Shown here in pieces: positions 24,615 to 37,486 of a stretch of 64,000 bases of DNA. A program made the translations under genes and the position numbers. Source of the DNA: Octopus sinensis. Lineage: Eukaryota. Numbering within the stretch: the first letter of the stretch is position 1; every line of letters starts with the position of its first letter. A model generated the notes under the pieces. That model did no database searches, was not told the DNA's origin, and saw only the letters and a list, made by a program, of their open reading frames with translations. Location: positions 48,856,001 through 48,920,000 of the forward strand of contig NC_043002.1 in assembly GCF_006345805.1 (NCBI RefSeq). Direction: 5' to 3'.

Positions 24615-25945
24615 TTAGATGAGGAGGTGGGGAGAGTTGAGACCAAATGGCGTATAAGAGCGAAGAGAGAAGATTAATTCCTGTTCACGGCGCAAACGGG
24701 AATCCGGATGTCCTCTGTGTAAGGACAAACCGAACACAGATAGGTGTTGCAAGGAGTGACCGGTGGAGCGGAAATGGCGTGAGACCGGTGTGTCGTTCGC
24801 AAGGTGGATGTCACGAAGGTGTTCCGCGAACCGGTCAGCCAAGCGGCGTCCCGTTTGTCCGATGTACAAGGAATTGCAGAGAGAGCAAGAGATGCAATAG
24901 ATAATATTGCTGGAGGTGCAGGTGAAGGAGTGGATGATGTGATAGGGTCGATGGTGGGTGCTAGTGAGGCGGGTGGTGTTGGAGAGGTAAGGGCAAGTGC
25001 GGCAACGTGGGCGGGAGCAGGGGAACGAGCCGGGTTGGGAGGTAGGGTCAGGGAAGGAGCTACTGACCAAAAGGTCTCGAAGGTTGTGGGCTCGTTTGAA
25101 AGAGGGGAGGGGTCGGTTAGGGAAGAGGTGTGAAGTGGACGGGTCGGACTGGAGATGACGGAAAGCTCGAAGAATGGTGCGTTGGAGACGTAGGGTCGTG
25201 GGGTGGTAAGTGAGGGGAAAGGGAGGCGGGAGACTACAGGGCGGGTTCGGGGAGAGAGAGCAGATACACGGTCCACGGACCGTGCTCTGGCAAGGGCGGT
25301 GTGGATAGTGGTGAGGGGGTATCCACGTAGGGTGAAGTGGTGAGCCATACGTTGAGACTGAGTCTCAAAGTCATGGTCGTCACTACAGAGCCTACGTAGA
25401 CGGAGGAATTGGGAATAGGGGATGGAAAGCTTGGTGTGTTCTGGGTGGGAGGAAGAGAAGTTGAGGTATGAGTGTGAGTCTGTGTGTTTGTAGTGAATGG
25501 AGGTGGTAAGAGTGGAGTGAAGAATGCTAACCGAAATGTCGAGGAAGGAGACAGAGGTGTTGGAGATAGTGGAAGTGAAGTGGAGGGCTGGATGGAAAGA
25601 TTGGACGAAAGAGAGGAAGGAATCTAGATGTTCGCGGGAGAGTGAGGTGGCACCGATAATGTCGTCAATGTAACGACCATATAGTTCAGGAGTGGGACCA
25701 GTGAAATTAGAGAATATTTGGGCCTCAACATAGCCAACGAACAGGTTCGTATAGTTGGGGCCCATTCGCGTTCCCATGGCCACTCCCGAGACCTGATGGT
25801 AGAACTCGCCCGCGAACGAGAAGCAGTTCAGAGTAAGGACAAGTTCGGCCAGACGAATGAGTGTGGAGGTGTCAGGTACAGGGTTAGAGCGGAGGTCAAG
25901 AAAGTGTCGAAGGGCCTGCAGTCCTTCGTGGTGAGGGATAACAGT
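24615..25945 (-). pseudogene. PLE reverse transcriptase + GIY-YIG endonuclease (frameshifted)
   Basis: ORFs 24674-25783 and 24615-25070 overlap in different frames; YIDD and GIY-YIG motifs are intact. Confidence 0.9.
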
Positions 25946-25969
25946 ATAGAGGCTTATATATATATATAT

Positions 25970-26000
<31 letters not shown>

Positions 26001-26202
26001 CAATAAGAAAATGGAGGGGATCAATAGGTGGTTCATCAACTTTTAGACATATTACGTCAGCTTATTTATTTATTTACTAAAATGACAATTACCAGAATAT
26101 ACATACATGTATAACATATGCTTTACATACGAAAATATACTAATATATAAAGATACCAGTAATTATTAAAATATAACATACTGGAATATAAATTGGGAAA
26201 AT

Positions 26203-26322
26203 AACTTACAGCTGTTTCAGCCAAGAGGCAAAAATACCTTATTCTACCTCTATTCTTCCAGTAGACTGAAGTAATAAGTAGATGAAATTGAGGTACTTGG
26301 GTGTTTCTCTAGGCTTCTTCAG
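26203..26322 (-). ncRNA. Type-I hammerhead motif with ~95-nt stem-II insertion, in a PLE end fragment (~26050-26335)
   Basis: CUGAAGA-AGCC...GGCU-GAAA-CAGCUG-UA-AGUU. Stem I is imperfect. Confidence 0.6.
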
Positions 26323-26834
26323 AAATTTTTTCTAAAGTACATAAGTATGTATGTATGTAGCGGCAAACGAACTACTGCTATATATATATATATATATCTC
26401 ACGTGATCAACCAGACTATCGGATGTTATTTTACATCGCTGGTCACAACACATTTTGCATCTTTTTAACTTTCGAATGGTGCTACTCCAGTGGCTAGACA
26501 GGCAAACCAGCAACCAACATTCTTTCTTATAAGAAGGTTAGTCCGTTGCAGGGTTATCCGTTTACAACTGAGTAGACTGGAGCAGCGTGAAATGAAGAGT
26601 TTTGCTCAAAAACATAACATGCAGCCGGTCTGAGAATCGAAACCACGATTATACGATCGTGAGTACAGCATACTTAACCACTAGGACACTCGCCTTTACA
26701 CATACACACGCACACGCACGCGCGCGATACATTTTTATATACAACATTATGTAAAATATATTTAAAGCCTTCCACTGTGGAAATTTAAACAGACGTGAAT
26801 ACATTTCGTCATATTTTTTGAAACACAAGATATT

Positions 26835-27210
26835 CTTTTCTACTTAAGGCACAAGGCCCGAAATTTTGGGGGAGGGGGCCAGTACACAACTGGTACTTAA
26901 TTTATTGACCCCGAAAGGATGAAAGGCAAAGTCGACCTCAGCGGAATTTGAACTCAGAACGTAAAGACATGAAATACCTATTTCTTTACTACTCACAAGG
27001 GGCTAAACACAGAGGGGACAAACAAGGACAGACAAACGGATTAAGTCGATTACATCGACCCCAGTGCGCAACTGGTACATAATTTATCGACCCTGAAAGG
27101 ATGAAGGGCAAAGTCCACCTCGGCGGAATTTGAACTCAGAACGTAGCGGCAAACGAACTACTGCTAAGCATTTCGCCCGGCGTGCTAACGTTTCTGCCAG
27201 CTCACCGCCC
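26835..27210 (-). mobile_element. Composite (dimeric) SINE family 1, CpG-intact
   Basis: Two cores separated by the tttctttact..cacaaggggctaaac..aggggacaaacaaggacagac segment. The same layout occurs at 47020-47255 and 58765-59140. Confidence 0.85.
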
Positions 27211-28492
27211 TTTTAAACACAGGATATTGTCGTGACATGTTTCACAGTTCGTTGGTGTCCATTACTCAGAAGACAAAGGTATTCTCGCCCCTGATTCATT
27301 GCTCGTGAAGGGAACTTATAGCAAATCGCCATTTGTATCAAACACAAACTAAAATTAGTTACATTGTATCTTACAACTAGTCCAGTATAATCCAAGTTTT
27401 GGCTAACCACATCTAATCATACAAAACAACGGGAAATTGTTTAAGATAAACTATCACCCGACGGAGGAAACATATATGATAATTGCTCCATCTTCACATA
27501 TGATTGTTGTCTCCTTGCTTCCTCGTTGTCAATAACATTTCAGAGTTTCCGTCCATGACCTCTCATGTGATTATTCAGTACCGTTGTAGGTCCGCATGGT
27601 TTGGAGTACAGGAATCAGACGAGTGTGCTTGCAATTGTTTAGGTCTGCACACGTCGCCACTTTTCTTTTGCCATAGGACTTTCAGTAGATGAATTCATGA
27701 ATAAGGTCACCATAGACATCTTTATATCATTATCGTGCTGGAATTCATCTACAGCTGAATGAATGCACCATCCCGTCCGGGAATCGGAACCGTGATTAAT
27801 AACTTGTGAAAGGATGAAACGATGTGAGGAGTAATCACGGAGAACCAAAAATTTTACATAATGTAAATCTAAGAAGGATGCTATGAAGATAGCTGGGGGT
27901 CCCTCATACTCGATGGGTTTTCTGTGCGGTCAAGGGTATTTCTGCGTCCCCGTGTTCAGATGGATTGTTAACTCATAGCTGGGACCCTGACAAGTACTAC
28001 AACTCCGAGTCAGAGTAGATCTAGGAACGGTAGTGGCTAAGAAATGGTTCCATTCTCCTCAAAACTATAGAACGCCTGACCCACAACTGATGCAGTTTAA
28101 AGTCATACTCAGGACATGCAAGTACGTCTGTCTGTCTGCTTGTCAGCATGTATGTATGTATGTATGTATGTATGTATGTATGTATGTATGTATGTATGTA
28201 TGTATGTATGTATGTATGTATGAACTCAGTATTATTTCAAGATTTCTTGCCAACAGAGAAAAAGCCGATTTTTAACAATAGGTTATTTTTTTTCATGTAT
28301 GTATGCATATGTGCAGTATTTGAAGTTAGTGCATGTGCAGACTTGTATGTTTTATTATATATATGCATTCTCATGCTTATAGCTGCATTTCTAAGGCATG
28401 CTCATATAGACTTATATGATAAACTTCTGGAAAGTTTTAAAACTTTTTACAGTTCCAGTGATGGCTTGGATCTATGCATGTTTGTATATATA

Positions 28493-28532
<40 letters not shown>

Positions 28533-28629
28533 CATGAGAGAGAGAGGGAAGAGGAAGGGGGAAATAGATAAAATTTGTATGATAAACGAAGAGATGCTCA
28601 CAACTAGGATCTTTCTAAATGATACAGAA

Positions 28630-29056
28630 CGGTGGTTCTTAACCAGTGTCCATATAACCTTTGGCGGATCCCTATAAGATTTTGTCGTTATAATTCATGA
28701 GCCATAAACTGCAGGAGCAGAGCCAAAGGGAGTGGGGAGGAACCTGAGGGGCACGTTCCCACTTCAAGAAAAGATGTGCGACTTTCTAAATAATGTTATT
28801 GCGCTCTTTTCTCCTGGAATTGTATTTCCTTCAGACCTTGTACCTTCCCTTTGAAAAAATCCTGGGACCGCGTCTGAATAGTTTATACTTCTACAACACA
28901 AAATATTTTTCTAATTTTTTAATACATTTCCCAACAATATTTAATTACAAATATACGATAAGTCTTTATTTTAAAGCATTGAATGGCTATGGGGGTCCAT
29001 TCGAGGAAATAGAGATCAAAGGGGTCCATAGACAAAAACATGATTGGGAATCACTG
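28630..29056. mobile_element. hAT (Charlie-like) MITE
   Basis: cggtggttcttaacc...gattgggaatcactg ends, with a degraded 8-bp TSD atacagaa/gtatagaa. Confidence 0.6.
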
Positions 29057-29624
29057 GTATAGAAGTACGCTCTATTTAAAGGAAACTGGGGGTTATGCAG
29101 CAACAGCAGCAGCAGCAGCAGCAGCCGTTCAAGAATTTGGACCTGGAGATCTCCATTTCCAGCGACTTCGAGGGCCACCTCCCAGTGGTGTCGGACGTCA
29201 ACGAAGAGCCCTCGACTACAACAAGACGACTAAAGTTTTCTTTTTTCCAAGGTCTGGGGTCTCCCGCCCCTAAGCCCTAGACCATCACCTAATCACCATT
29301 ACCCGTCTTGTTGCTTAACAACAACAATAACAACAAGCAACAGCAGCAAAAACAAAACATGTTATTCTTCATTTAAGCTACACAATTGTTTTATCACTTT
29401 TTTTCTATAAGAATCGTGACTTGCTGAGCCGCGACCATGTTGGGGCACCGCCTCGAAAGGTTTAGTAGATCAAATCGACACCAGTACTTATTCAGTAATT
29501 CTGGAACTTATTTTACTGTTCTCTTTTGTTGAACTGCTAATTATGGGGACGTAAACAAAACAACATCGGTTGTCTAGCGGTGAAGGGACAATCAAAGATA
29601 CAAACACGAGCTTACACACATCTG

Positions 29625-29654
<30 letters not shown>

Positions 29655-29696
<42 letters not shown>

Positions 29697-29712
29697 GTGT
29701 ATATTTATATAT

Positions 29713-29758
<46 letters not shown>

Positions 29759-29839
29759 ATGTATATATATATACATATATTTGTATATATATATGTATAT
29801 ATATATACAAATATATATATTTGTATATATATATATATT

Positions 29840-29885
<46 letters not shown>

Positions 29886-29890
29886 ATTTG

Positions 29891-29926
<36 letters not shown>

Positions 29927-29940
29927 AATATATTTTGTAA

Positions 29941-29974
<34 letters not shown>

Positions 29975-30093
29975 TTGTAAATATATATATATATATATAT
30001 GTATATATTATATTTGTAAATATATATATATTATTAATATATGTATATATATATATATTTGTAAATATATATATATATGTATATATATATTTG

Positions 30094-30136
<43 letters not shown>

Positions 30137-30233
30137 AAATATATATATATTATATATCTATATATATTTGTAAATATATATATATATATATATAATTATA
30201 TATTATATATATATTATATAATATATTTTGTAA

Positions 30234-30269
<36 letters not shown>

Positions 30270-30272
30270 TTG

Positions 30273-30327
<55 letters not shown>

Positions 30328-30330
30328 TTG

Positions 30331-30389
<59 letters not shown>

Positions 30390-30596
30390 GTATATATATA
30401 TATTTGTAATATATATAATATATAATATATATTATAAGTAATATTTGTATATACAAATACGAAAATGGAGGAACAAATTCATTTCGATCATCAACTTACA
30501 GATATTACAATTTCATATTATTTATTATTATATAAATAGGAACATGAAAATCGAACAAAACAATATACATCAATATGCAAATTAATAATACAATGC

Positions 30597-30630
<34 letters not shown>

Positions 30631-30954
30631 ATAGCTAGTATATATATATATAATATATAATATATATGTATTATATTTGTATATGTATATATATATTGTA
30701 ATATATATATATTTATATATGTATATATATTTGTATATGTATATATATTTGTATATGTATATATATTTGTTATGTATATATATATATATATATATATTGT
30801 ATATATATATATTTGTATATATATATATGTGTATATATATACATGTATATGTATATATATATATATATTTATATATATATGTATATATGTATATATATGT
30901 AATATATGTATATATATGTATATATATATTATATATAATATATTTGTGTATGTG

Positions 30955-30991
<37 letters not shown>

Positions 30992-30994
30992 GTG

Positions 30995-31030
<36 letters not shown>

Positions 31031-31052
31031 TATATATATATTTGTGAATGTG

Positions 31053-31085
<33 letters not shown>

Positions 31086-31240
31086 AATTTAAATTTAAAA
31101 GAGGGTGAGAAATTGGATATTAATTTAATTAATTAACATCAATTTAACACAAGTGGTCTAGCATATAAAATCTGAAGGTACATTCAATTGTATTATATAC
31201 ACCCCTCTCATTTGTATATATATATATATATATATATATA
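29655..31240. repeat. ~1.6-kb (TA)n-based low-complexity tract with recurrent tttgtaaa/tttgtata interruptions and embedded PLE-like fragments
   Basis: Direct reading. Confidence 0.95.
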
Positions 31241-31963
31241 AGAAAAAAGGTTTGAAAATGCAATTTAAACGATGTTTATTTACTTAACCGGTTTCACTCT
31301 TTGGTAAAAGATTGTCAAAAGTTACATTTAAGGAAACATTGAATAATATGGGTTCAAAAAAAATAACCCCAAAATCATTCATGCATAAAGGGGAAGTATA
31401 CACCACATTGGCTACTTCCTCTGTTCTCTCAGTTCAGCCTTTCTGCTAATACCAACAGGTCAGTAAAAACATATTCTCGCCTTGTACTTAAAATATTCTG
31501 AGATGTATAAAAAATCCATTTTAATTTTTGCTGTCAAAAGGCTGTATATATATACCGAAGATTGTATATATATACATGTAATGTGACAATTTGCGACACC
31601 AATAATTAACGCAACCAATTCCCAATATATATTTGTTTTATCCTTTTCTGCCAAATTTTCCAAATATTCTCATCACACTATTGAACTTCTCTGTTACCAA
31701 ACACTATATTTATACATGTAATGTGACAATTATGTATAAAAAAACATTTTTGAATTCATAATATCCAATGTGACAATTAACTAAAAAACCCTTTTTGAAT
31801 GCATAATATTCAATGTGACAATTATGTAAAAAACTTTTTTTTGAACCCATATTATTCAATGTTTCCTTAAATGTAACTTTTGACAATCTTTTACCAAAGA
31901 GTGAAACCGGTTAAGTAAATAAACATCGTTTAAATTGCATTTTCAAACCTTTTTTCTTATATA
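31237..31963. repeat. Near-perfect ~125-bp inverted repeat (31237-31362 / 31835-31963), probably an inverted PLE pseudo-LTR pair
   Basis: aaaaaaggtttgaaaatgc...gggttcaaaaaaaa is mirrored exactly. Each arm contains a degenerate hammerhead. There are ~47-bp tandem units inside the right part. Confidence 0.85.
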
Positions 31964-31994
31964 ATCCCACTCGTGCGATACCCCACAACTCAAC

Positions 31995-32054
<60 letters not shown>

Positions 32055-32558
32055 AGTCTTCAGCTTTAGAGTCTGACGAGCCGTCCATGGAGCTAAACCT
32101 TTTGTGGATGCGAAACCATTGGTCACTCTTTGACCAGACATATTATAAATGCATTACTACTCTACGTTTAGAGTGCTTCTATTTCGGTTACATGATACAT
32201 TGACCACACACACACACGCGCATGACGGGCTTCCACACAGTTTCCGTCTACCAAAATATCCTCACACGGCATTAATCAACCCAGGGTTATAGTAGATGAC
32301 TGAACTGAAACCACGTGGTTGCAAAGTGTGCTTCATAGCCACATAGCCCTACTGCACAAATATTAAAAATAAAACATTGAATGTTATTATAATACTGTAG
32401 TAATTCACAATTTCTGAACTGTTTCAATTCTCCGTTCAGAATTTTGTCTTGCATTTTCTAGTTTTGTTTATTTTTTTCTGTAATCTAAATTCCATTCGCC
32501 ACTAAGGTACATTATAGGAATCAACGCCAATATTTGATTGCTACTTTGTGTTATAGAC

Positions 32559-32637
32559 CAGTGGTTCTCAACCTGGGGTCTGCGGACTCCTGGTGGTCCG
32601 CAAAAGTAGTACAAGGGGTCCGTGAACTAAATTCAAA

Positions 32638-32698
<61 letters not shown>

Positions 32699-32714
32699 CT
32701 ACATACATACATAC

Positions 32715-32788
<74 letters not shown>

Positions 32789-32833
32789 GTATATATTTGT
32801 ATATATATTTATATATGTATATATATTTGTATG

Positions 32834-32900
<67 letters not shown>

Positions 32901-33590
32901 TATATATATATATTTATATATGTATATATAGTTTTGGCACCTTGGGTAAGTGTCTTCTACTATAGCCTCGGGCCGACCAAAGCCTTGTGAGTGGATTTGG
33001 TAGACGGAAACTGAAAGAAGCCCGTCGTATATATGTATATATATATGCGTGTGTGTATTTGTGAGTCTGTGTTTGCTTGACAACCGATGCTAGTGTGTTT
33101 ATGTCCCCGTTACTTAGCGGTTCGGCAAAAGAGACCGATAGAATAAGTACTTGGCTTACAAAAGAATAAATCCCAGGGTCGAGTTGCTCGATTAAAAAGG
33201 CGGTGCTCCAGCATGGCCGCAGTCAAATGACTGAAACAAGTAAAAGAGTAAAAGAGTATATATATAAAAGAATATATATATATATGCAGTAACCCCTCGC
33301 CATATCGCGGTTCACCTATCACGGTTTATTAGTTAAGTTCTCGTCGATTCTTCTGTAGTGTTGTTTAGCATTTATAATTAAACATATACTAATTATAAAA
33401 ATATACAGTATAAAAATATACAGTACTGTTTCTACTTCGTGGACTTTCATCCTATTGCGGTAGGTTTTGGAACGTAACACCCGCGATAGTCGAGGGATTA
33501 CTGTATGTACATAATATTAAAAGGGGTCCGTGGGAAAACTCATTTAAATAAAAGGGTTGAAAACTACTGTGGAAAGGTTGGAAACCACTG
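32559..33590. mobile_element. hAT MITE carrying nested (TA)n, SINE family 2 (32935-33258) and a Tigger-like MITE
   Basis: TIR cagtggttctcaacct / aggttggaaaccactg with a perfect 8-bp TSD ttatagac at 32551-32558 and 33591-33598. Confidence 0.9.
33287..33503. mobile_element. Tigger/pogo-like MITE
   Basis: TIRs cagtaacccctcg..atatcgcgg / ccgcgatagtcgagggattactg followed by TA. Confidence 0.85.
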
Positions 33591-34229
33591 TTATAGACAA
33601 TTCCTTGGAAGTCTGTGGGATTTTGTTTATCCGCTATTCCGTCGTTTTCAGAATTTTGTTTGTTGAAATTCTCGAAGCTGTGTTCAACTTCCACCTCAGT
33701 TTTTTGGATTTTCCCATTTTGGGGTTGGTAAGATAAAAGAACCTGGAGTCAATAAAATTAACACCGTTCTCCAAATTTTAGACCCTGTGCATATGCAACA
33801 AACGAAATACACACACACACAAACACACACTCACACACACATACTTTTCTACTCTAGGCACAACACCCGAAATTTTGTGGGAGAGGGCCAGTCGATTAAA
33901 TCGACCCAGTACGCAACTGATACTTAATTTATCGACCTCCGAAAGGATGAAAGGCAAAGTCGACCTCGACGGAGTTTGAACTCAGAATGTAAAGAAGTAC
34001 CGCTAAGCTTTTCGGCGTGCTAACTATGTATGTGAGTGTGTGTGTGTGTGTATATATATATGGGTACAGGACGTCACCAACAGTAAACAACATGAAATAC
34101 GTAAACAAATGGGTTCAATACGCAGACAACAAGAGAAACAAACAGAAAACAGGACAAGTAACACAAAGAACGACCCTTCATAAGTTGTCGACTGTCTATC
34201 TACTCCTTATTTCGAGCAATATACACATA

Positions 34230-34441
34230 CGTGGGGGTGCTGAAAAGTTCTTTGGCTAAAAAGGAAAAAAAAGTCAGGAGGATCAGTTAATTATGATTTT
34301 ATTCAATATATTCCCCTCTCAGATTCACACATTTATTGCAGTGGTCCTTCAGTTTTTCTTAGCCCTGTAACAGGTCTTCTGAGACCTCCAACAGGCCTTT
34401 CGCGATACCCGTAAAGCCAGGAACTTTTCAGCACCCCTACG
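34230..34441. mobile_element. Mariner-like MITE
   Basis: TA-cgtgggggtgctgaaaagttc ... gaacttttcagcacccctacg-TA. Confidence 0.85.
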
Positions 34442-34525
34442 TATGTATGTATATATATATATATAATATATATATATATATATACACATATATATACATA
34501 TATACATATATAATATATATATATA

Positions 34526-34578
<53 letters not shown>

Positions 34579-35423
34579 TTTTGCTTCTCAGTCTTACGGC
34601 TCCGGGTTTTTGTCTCACTGCGTGACACCTTGGTCAGTATCTTCTACTATGGCTTCAGGACGATCAGAGTGGATTTGGTAGGCGGTAACTGAAAGATATC
34701 TCTCTTGTATGCATATATATATATATATATGCGTGTATGTGTGTGTATGCATGTATAAGTGTGTATGTGTGTGCGCAGCGCGTGTATTTGTGTCTGTCAT
34801 TCGCCACCGCTTGACAACCGATAGCGTGTTTATATTCTGTTGACTTAGCGGTTTTGTAATAGGAACCGATAGAATAAAAAAGACTTCGGTCAATTCGATC
34901 GACTGAAATCCTTCAAGGCGGTGTGACAGTCTAATGACTGAAACGGGTAAAAGATAAAAGATACACATGAATATATATTTAAAGTTATATTTTTTTTTAT
35001 TGATCAGCGAGGAAATAATCTGTGTTCGCTTGAACTGCTAAAATAGCAGTCAAATTTTCCCGAATACACGTATATTGGATGAAATAGTCCCAAATGGTCA
35101 CCGAACAAAAAAGATGGTTATGGCTTGAATGTGTTTGATCACGGAATTGTTCGATTAAGGTTGACACGATTTTAAACAACAACTAGAATAACTAAACTTT
35201 TGTTTATGGTTTGAATGAGAGAAAAAAAAAGGGGGAGGAGAGAAAAATAAGAGAAAGAGAAAGGAGGAGAAAAGGCAAGAAAGAAAGAGAGAGAGGGGGA
35301 GAGCAAGAAAGGTGGAGGATGAATGAGAGTGATAGAAAGAGTACAAAAACAGTGAGGGTATCAGGACGTTTTATCGTCTGTAATTGAAAAAGTAAAATAT
35401 AGAGCAATTAATTATTCACTCAC

Positions 35424-35488
35424 CATGAGTGTTTAAAACGGTCATCAAGTAGGGTGGTAGGCGGCATCGTCAACATCGGATACATCAT
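35424..35488 (-). CDS. Candidate first coding exon or uORF (MMYPMLTMPPTTLLDDRFKHS) ending at a GTGAGT donor
   Basis: Unique CpG-containing sequence, an upstream in-frame stop and a consensus donor. No downstream partner exon was found. Confidence 0.3.
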
Positions 35489-36449
35489 TGAAAGGTCCTT
35501 GGCCAAATTGGTAAACACCGGCACCACGTGTTTAGTTATATAGTGTTTGGGTTAAACTTTCAGTGTCTTAGACCCCGAAAGAATGTTCGCGGGCAAGCTT
35601 TCAGTTCTTCGAGATGTTGAGATAGAATATTATTGTCATCTAAATTCAAGGTTGTGGGAATAGATTCAATGGAGTGCCGATCAACAGCTATCGTTACCCA
35701 TAAGGAGGCATGGACATCGTGTCAATGATTATTTTATAGAAGAGAAACCGAGTAATATCATTTGTGTATAACAAATTTCATATATACAATTATACAATGT
35801 ATATATTGATCACCACTATATATATATATATATATATATATAGCGAGCTAGTTAGTATTACACTGCAAATATTAGTAACATTACATTGCAAATATGAAAA
35901 TTGTATGGAAGAAGCTTTGTGTACAAATATTTGTAGACGAAAGTTGCTTCTTCGGTAAGTTGTGTGGTGAACCAAATTAATATTTATATATATTTTAATA
36001 AAGTGAATCAATTCAACCAAAGAAACAACCAAGCTCCCTCGTTAAAGAGATGATTCTACAGATAGCTCTTTATCAAAATAGTTTGCTCGAATCTCAAAGT
36101 AAAACACGTTACTAATATTTTTTTACTATAAAAAGATTTCAAAATCCGACTAAAATACTAATTATATATAACAATAAGCATTTCGTCTTTCAATCTTTCA
36201 TTTTTCACTCATATATGTTCCTTCGTATTTCTTTTCAGTTGTTTTGTTTATCTACAAATCATTAATTTTACAAACATTTATGTTTCCTCTCCAAAGATTG
36301 TTCACTTCCCATCTTCTTTCTCTCCAGCTACGATGTTTGTTAGTACCACCCTCTTTTATATGTCCCACCTCTTTTATCGTAGTTTCTCTCCCACCTTCTG
36401 TAAAAGTTGCTCGCTAGCTAACTCAACATTCAGAAAGTTTTTAGAGAGA

Positions 36450-36900
36450 TTCTCGACAAACACTATTCTTTTTTATCCTCTTTACAGCTACCACAATTTT
36501 ATAGCAGATTATTTATGAAAGTGAATTATTTTTTAAGTATCTAAAAGACAAGCGACAATCTGTAAACGTCTTGCGTCCTGAACGCAATGCTTCAGTTTGT
36601 TGTTAAACAGTAAAGACAGCCCACTCAACTAGAATGAACCAATCGCAAGCACATATTCAGGTCGTAACGACATTTGAGGAGATTTCACGGGCTTCTTCTT
36701 TATGACACCGAGTATGAATGAATGAATGAATGAACGTATAGTATAATTACAATGAAAATAGCCCTTTGTATTAAACGATATCATAAACAAGAAGAACGGC
36801 CGGTGTTAAACCATTTATTAGCGTTGACATATTTTATGTACTTAGTCGTTCGTTATTAAATGGAGGAAATTAGCTATTAATAACTGAGTAACCTTTGTGT
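36450..36900. promoter_or_regulatory. Promoter-like unique CpG-rich segment with CCAAT box (36639-36643)
   Basis: TE-free and CpG-retaining. It lies between a minus-strand donor (35424) and a plus-strand micro-exon (38814-38836). Confidence 0.35.
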
Positions 36901-37260
36901 AGCGTAATTTATTAAGTGTTGTGAAGAATGGTGATAGTTCGCTTATTTAAATGATTTCGTGTTTTAGTTATTTCGATTATCGAAGCAGTCGTATTTAGCA
37001 CTTTGAAATTTAGTTTCATGCTTAAACTTCGTGAAGACAATGTGGGTTGGTTGCTGGGGTGTTTTGGCTCATGGTTGTTTTGTACAGGAATGAGTATTAA
37101 GAACTTGGGTTACGCTAAGTTTCGAGAGACTGGGGTTGGGAAGGTTGGACAAGGCGTTATAAGCCATTCCCTCTGCGTCAGTTGAACAGTAATGGAACGC
37201 TGTCCCTCTGCGCACATTCTATGACTAGTTAGGTCAAGGGTTCGATTCTCGGATCAGATA

Positions 37261-37486
37261 GCATGGTGAGCTGGCAGAATCGTAGCCGTAATGAGTAGCC
37301 GTATTTCGTCTGCCATTACGTTCTGAGTTCAAATCCCGCCGAAGTCGACTTTGCCTTTCATCCTTTCGGGGTCGATAAATTAAGTACCAGTTACGCACTG
37401 GGGTCGATGTAATTGACTCAATTCGTTTGTCTGTCCTTGTTTGTCCCCTCTATGTTTAGCCCCTTGTGGGTAATAAAGAAACATAT
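37261..37486 (+). mobile_element. SINE family 1 copy with Tx1-like 3' tail
   Basis: Head gagctggcagaatcg, core, and tail ...agccccttgtgggtaataaagaaacatat. Confidence 0.9.

Larger units (their letters stand above)
23617..25945 (-). mobile_element. Neptune-type Penelope-like retroelement, 5'-truncated in the RT, inserted in (TA)n
   Basis: LYTVIPHHEG...GVAMGTRMGPNY...YGRYIDD RT, thumb region, one frameshift near 25220, then CSRPRCRTC + NIIYCISC..YIGQTGRRLADRFAEH GIY-YIG. 3' region has a purine/pyrimidine tract, a minisatellite and a hammerhead. Confidence 0.92.

Noticed and set aside
24263-25133. Pro/Leu-rich and Gly/Glu-rich ORFs (24263-24646, 24269-24514, 24804-25133)
   Set aside because: Artefacts of the homopurine tract and the antisense strand of the Neptune ORF.
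34150-34220. Permuted hammerhead-like motif in a PLE-like fragment
   Set aside because: Core degenerate (CUUAUGA) with no clear stem III or cleavage triplet.
37225-37260. tRNA B-box-like ggttcgattc; also the tRNA-like head at 7273
   Set aside because: SINE heads without a complete cloverleaf; no true tRNA gene supported.
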